Source: Perkinsus chesapeaki ATCC PRA-425 | Taxonomy: Eukaryota > Protista > Perkinsozoa | NCBI GenBank assembly: GCA_013115145.1 | Contig: JAAPAO010000070.1 | Coordinates: 1-64,000, forward strand | Length of the DNA: 64,000 bases | Direction of reading: 5' to 3' | Part shown: one piece after another, positions 25,860-36,923 of the stretch | Numbering within the stretch: position 1 is the stretch's first letter | Layout of the letters: each line of letters begins with the position of its first letter | Position numbers and translations under genes: made by a program | Notes under the pieces: generated by a model | The model's database searches: none | Seen by the model: the letters and a program-made list of their open reading frames with translations, nothing else | Told to the model about the DNA's origin: nothing

Positions 25860-28364
25860 TTAAACCATCTTCATACCATTTATAGAGGATTGACCTCCGT
25901 CACGTAACAGACGTTTTAGTATGGTATTAGTACGGGATCGATAATACTGTAGTGCTACTATAGGGTCAACCTTACTAGTTAGTATCTTAGCTCTACTAAC
26001 TGCTATAAATGGTAAAAGGCAGACTGATACTATTAATAATAGAATAAACCAAAATGTTAGATTCCCCACAGTAGGTATTGCATATCGTGCTATATCCGTA
26101 GGGAGTATTAGATCAAATATAAATACAAAGGCTATATATATACCTATATTAAGAATAAACATGGAAAATAAGAATAGTGATGACCATTCAATGGTAAATA
26201 TCATAATAATACATGATACTAATAAAACTACAATAGTATATAATAGAATAGACATTGACCACAATGATGATGAAGGATGACCATCATTATTAGGAGATGA
26301 ATCTATATAACCCCAGAAAACCCATACACCATAAAAGCAGGTTAATGACTGCACTGAGCCTATTATTATCCAACGTAGTAATATTAATGGATTAAAGTTG
26401 TAATTAGCTGCCGTTCTATGGTATAATGATGGTATCACTTGTAGACGCCATTTATGAATAGTCATATTAGGAGAATGCAGTATCCTACCACATCCTACTG
26501 GAGGGGGTCCATCTAGATCTGGATGGATATCATGATCAAATAGTGCTGCTATAAATATAGGCACTATACAGAATACTGAATTATATACCATCACATAGAA
26601 CGATGAGAATACAGTCTGCCCAGAGAACTGTGATACAATACCAAACCAGAATTGGCATAAGGTAAAGAGGTAGTTCTTATATATGAATATATTAATAAAG
26701 TGTGTATTCCTTTCATAGTTCCATCTACCATGATAGAATAATAGTCTATACAGATCTTTGAATGAACTAATAGCATAGTCAGCCATACCAGCTGCTTGAT
26801 AACCCTCTTGACCGAATATACCAACACCAACATGTGCTTTCTGTATCATATTAATATCATTAGCACCATCACCTATTGCTAATACACTACATCTACCTTT
26901 AATATTATCTTTAGCTAATGATACTATTTGACCCTTTTGTTTAGGGTTAACACGACAGAATACAGCTGATTCACACTGTGGATGTTGTAGCACTTTTAAT
27001 AACTTATCTCTACTTTTATCGTGCTCTAATAGATTAGCTAGATTAGCACCATCTATAACCAATGAGAAGGAGGCAGGCACTGTAGTAGTACTACTATTAT
27101 TGCCAACAACATCATCATCATCATCATCATGAATGCTCTTCTGTACTGCTGCTGTTGCCGTTAGTTGGTGTAAGCCCTCATTGCTAACATGGCGGCACGC
27201 CATAAGATCTTCATACGATCTAGTGTTCTGTGATAACTGTCGGAATGCAGCAGCAGCATTCTAAGATAATATTATATTATATAACAACCATACTTTCCGT
27301 TATTTAAATTACCCTAGATTTATCATCCCCCTTAGCCATAACTATCTGATCCTTTATATCCTTACCTTCGTCAGTGAGTTCCCATATGCCCTGTGGATTA
27401 GTGGTAACACTATTATTACTGCTACCACTGCCACGGGTCCTCTTGGTAGCATTATTATTAGATGATGACCATTCATCACCAGCTAGCTCATCGTTACCTA
27501 TATAATATGGGTTATTGGAGAAGATAGCGGTATGAAGTATTACCCATAAGATCCTTAAGTGTCTTTAAGGATATAAAATTACCACCACCAAACAAGGATT
27601 GTTGACTTAGCATAGTATACCTAATAATTATACCACATTTCCCCCATCAACAGTCATTAATAACCTCCTCCTCCTACACATTATCAGTATTGCTTATTAG
27701 TTTACAACTAGCAGCTATATTAATAGCAGTCTCTCTTTTATCTCCTGTTATCATAGCTACTGTTATACCAGCTGCTCTAAGTGCTTCTATTGTCTCTGGT
27801 ACACCTTCTTGTAATTTATCTTCTACTGCTGTACACCCCAATAACGTTAAATCAACCTCTATCATAGTATTATCTAATACTGCCATTCTCTCTTCTCTAT
27901 TGCTCAAGTCCTCTTGTATATGCGATATCTCATCAGCTATAACACACCATTCAGACCATTTCATTTTACGCATAGCCACACATAATGTACCTAATACATC
28001 ATCATCACCATCTCCTTACCGCTCCTTCCTCTAATATCCTTACGGTATCCCTGATCTGCAAATCTTTTAACATAACGTTGTGTATGTTCCATAGTATCCT
28101 TATTAGTACCACCACCACATTTAGGTAACACTGAGCTATCAGCTCCTTTAGTGTATACATATACATCCTTATCAGGTGTATCTAATAATAAACAATAACA
28201 ACTCCAAACCAACAAGTGGATGCTTGAAGCAGGCTCCTAGCATGTCTATTGGTAATCTACCACGACCCTATCTGTATATAGAGGGTGACCACCCAGAAAG
28301 AATGTAGAAACCCCTCTTCGATTAAAAGCGAATTCTTAGAATTCCGAAATTCTATAGTCTACGC

Positions 28365-28397
<33 letters not shown>

Positions 28398-31300
28398 GCA
28401 CAGCATCATTGTAACACCTTTCTATAGTTAGTATTCACCCCCCCCCTTTCTTAACCCTTATCATCGCCATACTTACTTTCTGTATTGCTGCTATCAGTAA
28501 CAACTACTGACATCATTCTCCTATTACTGGTAAATTCCACAACATGTAATAAATTAACCTTCCATATAATATCCTCTTCTATTAATGCTATATCTATTCT
28601 ATCTGGTGTTCTATCAATAAATCTTATACCAAAGTATCCAGCAGCTGATACTAGTGCACTCTCATCTGGTGATGTTCCTTGATACATCACATCACCCATG
28701 CCCTCAGCCTGCCCTTTACTATTATCGATTGATCTAACAATAGCCCTTCCCGACATATCCTCCTCCTGCTCCTCCTCTACCACCTCATCGGCGCCTCTAT
28801 GAGCCCTCCGCTTGTATTTCTTAAATACACCAGTAAGACAGCCAGCATTGGTAGTATTAGATGTATCCCTATCTGGATACTCAGGATCAGGCATACTAGG
28901 AGCTTGAGCTCTTTCACAGGTATGGTTAACCGATAGTGCAAATAGGAAGTCATGTAATGTAGAATGGGGTCCTTCTTTAGATAGTGCTATCCTCATTATT
29001 TTAACTAGTTCATCCGAGCATGGTAAAACACCAGAGAACTTAGGAGGGTTATCAAAAGGGCCAGCAGGAAGAAGAGGCCTTTGAGGAGGTATCGAGGAGG
29101 ATGTAGAGCCTGATCCTCCTCCTCCTTCCCCTACTATATCTCCACCACCATTCGTCATCTCATGCTTATGTGATATCCCTATTTGTTTGAATTCAGTAGA
29201 GTAAAGGACACCACCAACAGCAGCTCCCTTAAACTCCATTTTATTACAGGTTAATGTACCTGTCTTATCTGTAAATATATTAGTTATCATACCAAGTTCT
29301 TCATGTATAGACTTTGAATTACACCGAGCTGCCAAGTTCCTAATAATAACTACTTTCGTGCCTTACCACTTAATGTACTACCTTTCTGGATCATACAGTC
29401 CATTATCCCACTCTATTAAGAATGCCTGTGCCACTCTAAGTACCTCCCCAGCTACCCATAATGATACTGGTATCAACGTATTCAGTAATACAAAATAACT
29501 CAAGTAGTTTACTATACGATTTTGAGATGATAATCCCACTAGATACCTATAAAGGCGACCTCCTATCCTTGAGTTGCAGCTTAAGTATGGATACTTACCA
29601 TGGATAATCGAATGAACTAGGAGCTGGGAATATAGCGAATAGTCCAGTTGCTAATGCACATAATATAGCTTGTAATATAAATAATGTAAGAACATACTTA
29701 TTCATAGCTATATCAACAGTACTACGTTTAGCTGGGCAAAATCCACCTAAAATACCACCACTACTATTACAGTTAGACTTAGGATACCATTATAGTATTA
29801 CCATGATTGCTTATCATAAATCTAGATTCATGACCAGCATACACTACTACGCCTATAGCCCATGGTGTATTCTTAAGGGTACATCCTCTTAAGAGTCTAC
29901 GGAAATATGGTATAATAAATTTTTTTCCTATTCTTATTACAAATTATCCATGGTAAGGCCTTCTATAGTACCTTCATCTTCTGTATTACTTAGTGGTGAT
30001 ATTGACCCTTTAAACCTAATATGCTCCATAATATACCTTAATGTAGGTGGTGTTATTACTTAATAAGATCAGCTGAAGGTGCTTCAAACTGCATAGACAT
30101 GGTATTTATCAAGCCAGCTAATGGTTCATTATTTGCTATGTAACGAGTAGATTGTCGCTTTAAAAGATGATGCTCGTCATCTTGTTGATGGTCCTAAACC
30201 CAATATTATAACCTCTAAGCCGTACCCTCTTTATCACCTCTGGTATACCATTGCCACCTTTAGGACTTCCTGTATAACCACCTGAAACAATACAACACTA
30301 CATGAGGGCACGAATAGTCGTAATCCTCATGATGATGAATGCCGATAGATCATCGCTGAATTATATACGCCTTAACTTTCTAATACCGTCCACCCTATAT
30401 TACATCCCATATCAGTATTATCCCCCACGTTTTGTGTCGGTATTGTTTGAGCCCCCCATAATGGTCCAGCCCTCCTCTTCCTTCCCGACATAACATCCTT
30501 AACAGCCTTTGGTGCTTGCCTTGTCTTTAAATTAGTTTCACCATCAAGATTACTAGTCTCCATATATGCAACACATCCCCTTTTGGGATCCGACCCATGT
30601 GATGATAATAATAATACCATATCAGCTGGTGAAGGCTCCATCTCCCTCACCATTATAACATCCCCAGGGAACAGACTTGACCATTGAACCTTATCTATAG
30701 TACCATTGTCATTAACCCTTCTAGTTAATCCTCTATTAGTCTCCTTATCTCTATTATATGCTAACCATTCTTCAACAAATTCCCGAGCTATCGATACGAT
30801 AAGTACAAATGCTAATGGTAATATAGCAGCTATAGGATTAAGTGATCCTACATCAGGTAGGCTAACTACTATAGCACCCAAAAGGAAATAACAATTGGCT
30901 AATCTACGAAACTGGAATAGCAATGATAATGGGCCAAATGTCCACCAGCTATAACGTCTAGTAGATACTGAATTACCATTATATAAGTGACATGGTGTAC
31001 CTAATAATAATATTAATATTTATATATACTAAAAACCTACCAATAGTAACAGTTCTGAAATGTTGTTGTAATATACTAGCTTTCCTGGAACCAACAGTAC
31101 CAATGTTAAAGTACTGTTTGATATTATCAATGGTATCCTTACAATACTGCCATAACTTCATTATACTAACATATACTACCATACAAAGATTCAAGCGTTT
31201 AGATTGGTAGACGACCTTGTCCGTGACGCTCCATGCGCCACGCTGCCTATTGAAGCTAAGCCAGTCTGTCCCCAACTCAACACTTCTATGTCTTTCACCC

Positions 31301-31419
31301 GAGTCGCACCCACCTACTGCGTTCCCCGTCAACATCATCAATCCTACAAGCGCTCTCAATATAAAATGATGTAAAAATGAACGCGCCAAGGATAGAACCT
31401 GCGTTGATCGTTGAGACAT
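25860..31419 (-). CDS. P4-type ATPase (phospholipid flippase), multi-exon; start approximate
   Basis: QFRRLANCYFL, METSNLDGETNLKTR, IFTDKTGTLTCNKMEF, YQGTSPDESALV, LLGCTAVEDKLQEGVPETI, MITGDKRETA and AIGDGANDINMIQKAHVGVGIFGQEG. The stop is at 25860 after the last TM block. Confidence 0.96.
28367..28396. repeat. (TAT)10 intronic microsatellite
   Basis: Direct reading. Confidence 0.85.
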
Positions 31420-31529
31420 AAAAAAAGCACAATACTCGTCTTAGAGACATCCTATTACGTCCTGCCTGGCGTTCCGTTAGATTACCTACCACATTATATG
31501 ATATTTATCCAACAGTATTTTAAGTTTGT

Positions 31530-32210
31530 ATGATATTCTACGCAGTACTCTATAGTTGGCCTTATATAGGACTATTCATTACTATATGTGCACTTGTATG
31601 TGTTACAGTATACATGGTAATAATAATAAAGGGTGGTGGTTATATAGGAGGATGATATTATGTTGTATTATTGTTTAGCTGGGTGAGTTTGGTGATCTTG
31701 AAAGTGACTATACAAACCCTGTAGACTTCTGTAATACAGCTAATCAGGTAGTAATGATACAGATAATGTTATTAGAAAACTAAAAATATCAGATATCTCG
31801 GTATGAGTTTGCTTTAATAGCTACATCATCGATATTATTATTATGTTCCTTTGATTGGATTGGTTTACTTATATTCATACCGTTTGCTGCTATAATGTTA
31901 TGGCAATACTATACAAGAAGGTACTAACAACGTTAACACTATAGTAGTAGATATTTGATAATAACATTATAATGGTCAGTTACTTATTAGAGAGTACATT
32001 ATTATTTAAAGGCAATAAACTAGACCATCATAAGAACTGGTAGTAATAAAATACAACTCGTACATAGTCGATAATGTGTTTATATTTAGGAGTGCCTTCC
32101 GTCTTGTATTCTATGTAGTATTCTTTGTATATATGGTATTTAGATTGATTCAATCTATTGTTGAACATGGTGTTGATTCCAAATATACCTTAGTGCCTTA
32201 TCATCATTAA
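31530..32210 (+). CDS. Cornichon/Erv14 family ER cargo receptor, multi-exon
   Basis: Exon LGEFGDLESDYTNPVDFCNTANQ matches the cornichon DLE.DY.NP.D.C motif. Hydrophobic exons follow and the stop TAA is at 32208-32210. Confidence 0.85.
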
Positions 32211-32429
32211 TATTATTATTAAATGCTCCTGCTGCTCGCCCGCCTGCTGCTGCCCTATTGTTCATACATCTGTATAGTATTGAGTTGTTATGATTAGTAA
32301 TTAGAATAGTTTATTGTTGAAGACGATAAGCTAATAAGAGTTTCACTATAGCATACTACCTACTATGGGCAAATAGGATGAACCTAGCTCGATCCCGAAG
32401 CTACTAGATAAACTCTTACGCTTGTTGGA

Positions 32430-33770
32430 TGTGGTCATGACTTGCAGCAATACAGTCTACTTCACCTTTTACCATCCAAGCTTGACAAGTGAACGCATAT
32501 GTTTGACACATTCTTAGATGTTGCCTTCAAGATTGCCTTTGCTACATTCTGCCAGTTTTGACACTCCACTTTGTCAACATATTCAGTAATCAGTATTCGA
32601 GTCGATCTTATTGATAAAATATCGGTTTTGTTATTTACTCATGATGCTATTTAACAACCTCCTGTTGCTCATCACCTTAGACCTACTGGTAACCACATGT
32701 GTTGCCGAATTCGCCAAGTACGAACAAGAATAATAATAATTACCACCAGGGTCGTAAAGTACACATATGGTTCAAGCTTATGATACCACCACCACCACGT
32801 GAAATGGTCATTGTGGATTCATGTGGGCTCCCAGTCTGGGTCATCCTGACTGGTGGTAATTAAACATCGGCAATAAAGGCGACTGCCAGCGTAGGTGAAT
32901 GAGTTACCTTATAGCCTTAGATGAGTTATGAGGGAGGAGCGGAGGCAAAGAGATAACAACACCGCGCGATTATGCAACACGCAAGTTGTTTGTCCAGTAT
33001 TTTGGCACGCGCATCGAAACACAATCCTACTACACCATATCAACACCATAATTTGCACCTGTTCGACGAACAGTGTACGCATTTCTGTCAGAAGGTATGC
33101 GTTTATAGAGGTTTCCCAATCGTTGAGGATGTCATCGTAACCCTTTAAGGATTATCGATATTGAATGTGCACTACTGAGGAGGGTGAAACTAATGGTATA
33201 TGCCAATTCTACTAATTAGAGTATATCCCGGCTCTTCAAATGCGTCGATGTTAGCATTGGCATAACCCATATTGTTACTAACAATTTGTTAGTTCTCTTT
33301 TTGGCCCTTTGGTGAGCCTTCGGGGCCTATTCTAACGGTGACGTGACGTAGATTGGGACATCATGATAATAGCACATTGGTAGCCACAACAGGCAGAGCA
33401 ACATCATCGAAAGCACACATTGCGTGATATTCCCAGACTCGTATACACATTAGATTTCACTTCACGCCCATCAGTTCTATCTCATGCGATATTGAGGAAG
33501 CGAAGTGCGGGAAGAGTAGTGAGTTTAAGGATTCAGCTGAACTACCCAATAGTAGGAATCCTTGCCAAGGGACATCCTGTCCCTGCCTGTCCTGTCCCAG
33601 TGGGACAGACGTAACGAAGGCAAAGCAGTCTTTGAAGTATTAGTCAGAAATCGCCAAGTGTAAGGGGACTCCTTTGACGCAGTTTATATGCCATATTAAG
33701 CAGTTATTAGGGATATCCAATATAACACTGAGCCATACTGAGACACCATTTCCCACTGAGAGGCTTCTCC
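32430..33770 (-). pseudogene. Possible decayed gene with weak F-box/LRR-like flavour
   Basis: One frame from about 33770 to 33190 reads as protein-like but has several in-frame stops (ILDIPNNCLIWHI...LLS*CPNLRHVTVRI). Exon-like segments lie downstream (GYDDILNDWETSINAYLLTEMRTLFVEQ|GT; YVDKVECQNWQNVAKAILKATSKNVSNICVHL). Confidence 0.25.
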
Positions 33771-34145
33771 TTACCGAGGACAGCACGCATGTGATTGTGA
33801 CAGGAAGACTAATAATTACGTAGCTATGGGAAAATAAAATTATTAGCTCTAAGCTTATATGAAACAACCAGTATTGCTGTTGTCGTTGTGGCAGCCCAGA
33901 CTTTATATCGCGGGTCTAGCAGTAAAAGGCTGGGTATTAAACTGTTTCCTTTCTACAATGATGGCAGGGCCACATAACTTCTGTCGTTCATTCCTGTATG
34001 CGATATTGGTTATAGTTAGCTGAACAACATGCATTTGCTTAACAACTTTCACCTTTCAACTGTACCCGAATTGTATATCAACAGGTTCATGAATACTTTC
34101 ATTCATTTTTATTTCATTAATTTTCGTTCAGTGTTAGTTATCCAT

Positions 34146-34577
34146 ATGATTTCCGTTATTGTTATTATTGGAATTCTATGCAGTTTGGTTACTGGAAAAC
34201 TCCAAGGTGGTGGTTATCGTGGCGTTCCATTACCACAGGGCAAATTCGGAGGTCGTATTCCACCAGATACACTAACGGAGCTTTCAGTCGAATGGGTACC
34301 GGCTAAAACCCCTGTAGTCATTCTAGGCGTGGCCTGTGAGTTTACGAGTAGGTTTTCGTTTCGCCTGCGCTACACCGAGGATAACATCTTGAATAAGTTC
34401 TGGATCAGTGAAAACAGTAAACATGACCTTGAGTCCTTTCTGGCCGATGTTGAGATGTCAACAACCTGCGACGTCAAGCCTGGCAATGGTGCTCTACAAG
34501 TTCTGGAATACAACGATAATCTGGATGTGATGAATATTATTTATGGAGGCAGAGATGTTACTCTTGATCGAGGTTAG
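34146..34577 (+). CDS. Intronless small secreted hypothetical protein (143 aa)
   Basis: Signal-peptide-like MISVIVIIGILCSLVTG is followed by a non-repetitive hydrophilic domain with three Cys in total. Confidence 0.65.
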   Translation: MISVIVIIGILCSLVTGKLQGGGYRGVPLPQGKFGGRIPPDTLTELSVEWVPAKTPVVILGVACEFTSRFSFRLRYTEDNILNKFWISENSKHDLESFLADVEMSTTCDVKPGNGALQVLEYNDNLDVMNIIYGGRDVTLDRG

Positions 34578-35433
34578 AAAGCTAGTGTGTGGAAGGCTGG
34601 AGAGCCATGTGCCTCAGCCGTAATACTGCAGTCATTGTGATGCCTCTGGGCGATACCTTCCCTCCACAATCCACAACATGGTCAATCTCTGACTGTCAAA
34701 ACCTTTCCAATAGTATTGTCACTTGATGGCTTTTCATAATATCACATTAGTCTTCGTCACGTTTTCATTATTGATAACTATCGTTGAGTTTCCGTGAGTT
34801 TATAACCCCTATAAACTGAGGACCCGTGAAAAGAATACAGTCAAGCTAAGGGAGATGAACTTCGAGTAGCACTCTTGGACCAAGAGGCTGATTGACCTTC
34901 TGGTTTCAACAGTGTGCATCATCCGACTGAGGGCCCGCGAGAACATGGCGACTCTAACATGATCCTCAGTAACTCGGACAAATCGTCACCTTTACAAGTT
35001 CCAGCTTCCTCGCAGCAATGAAGACTCTATGGCCCTTATGAGCATGAATCATAGACTCGCGCAGTCCACTGTAAGCGTAAAGCGAAGAAGTGACGATGAG
35101 CATAGAAGCCCACTGAGCCGCGTTAGCGGCACTAGACAACCGCATCGCACGAGCACACATACGAGTATTTCCATGGATCAGGATGAGGTTGAGAAAAACC
35201 AGTGTCCACTGGTCTATGCTATCCTCGTTTTATTGTCGAAATGCTGCCGCTGAGGTAAGCCGGACTGCACGCGTATATATACATTACCACACTAATATTC
35301 CCACTTACTACTGAACACTAGTCATGTAGCAACAATTGCTATACTAGAAAATGTTAACAATACTTCTACAGGTTACGACGATGGTTACTGTCATCTCTTT
35401 CAAGAACTATCACTATGCTCCAAATGATGGCAC

Positions 35434-36712
35434 TCATGATCGTATTTGTTCCCATGGATGATGATTATATGACATATTTGCCGTACTATCATGAGTTGTC
35501 ATATGGGGCGGCGGCAGCGGAGGCGGTGATATGGGGGATGAGGTAGCAGTAGAATGTTGCTTTGGTAGTGATGATGATGATGCCAACGGGGATGGTGTAG
35601 CTGTTGATGGTGTCTGTTTCGATAGCAATGCCTTTGCTCGTAGACCCAATACAAGTTCACATTCTGACCCCAGACGGACCTCGGCTAAGGGCGGCAATGC
35701 CCCTAATGGCTCCAAACCGGGTACATTAATGGCTTGAAGTACCTGTTAACCACAGCAACAGAGTCATATACATATAGCACCAGCAACTACTGGTTTTATT
35801 ATTTTAATTACTTGGAATAAGTTTTGTATACCACCCTTCACTTTATTTAATTCAGTAACAGCTCTTAATACACCATCAGTTAATAACCTATGATGGCTTG
35901 TATATGGTGTATCTGCTGCTGTTCCATTAGGTCTTTTCTGATACTCTATTGGTATCTGACAATAATAATATTATCAAATAGCGAGACTTACATATTTATT
36001 CTTACTTGTTTATCATGTTGCTTTAAAAGCTTTCTCATACCAGCAACATTAATATCTATATATGCAAGTAGTTTATTAGCCTCCTGTGTAACAGTTTCTA
36101 ATTCATGGGCTAAATCCATACCAAGAGATAAGGATGCAGAAAATATCATAGTTAATTGGGAATAAGCAGCACACTGTATAAGGTAACCATTAAGAGAACG
36201 TCCAAGTTGTGACATAACTACACATACCTAAAATATAGGCTGATGATGATGAGGATTAGGTGATATATATGGTGTTGGTAATACCTGAGTCAATGTAGAT
36301 ACTAGATTAGCATTAGGCAGCTGATTATCTTGATCTAATATACCAGCTTGTTGTGCTCTTAAAACTAATGCAGCAACACCATGAGCTAATGTCTCCTGTT
36401 TGGTACCAATATACGTAAGCATTGCATCTAGATCAGCATCTAGAGTTGCATAAAAATGGCCATCCATTATACGAATTGTCTGAGAGATTATTTTGATTAG
36501 TTGTAATTACTATAATAAGTACTTACCTCTTTACTTGAAGCAATCTGCTGTTGTGTTTTAGTGGTATTAGATATATCGTCATTCATATCATCCAATGCAC
36601 GTATCTCCCGAACTTGCCTACTAAGTATCTCTTTTAGATGCTTATGTGATATAAACGGTGCATCTTCTGTATCGTTTTGTAGTGCCAATGCAAGTTTACG
36701 ACCAAACCTCAT
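35434..36712 (-). CDS. SPX-domain protein with a low-complexity C-terminus
   Basis: N-terminal MRFGRKL...FISHKHLKEIL and the third SPX helix LLAYIDINVAGMRKLLKQHDKQ. Confidence 0.85.
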
Positions 36713-36923
36713 AGAAACAACAACACTTGCGCCACGACCACCACCTAACTGACAAGCAGCATCAGCAGCAAGGAGACATCATCATCATTATCAGGAGGGA
36801 GAGGCAGCAGCAGTTAACGCAATACTGTCATCAGATATTGCGGAGAAACTTCATGGAGTGATGCTGCTGTTATTTGAATTAAGATGGCAATAATAATAGT
36901 GATGTCTTTGTTGTTGTTGGTTG

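Noticed and set aside
23913-27203. Apicomplexan-style P4-ATPase/guanylyl cyclase fusion
   Set aside because: The flippase stops at 25860 after its last TM block, and the next gene is a zinc-knuckle protein with no cyclase motifs.
14579-35119. Recurrent 9-mer CACTGAGCC (about 14579, 26352, 33726, 35111)
   Set aside because: There are few occurrences, one falls inside a flippase exon, and the flanks do not align. This is insufficient without a statistical test.
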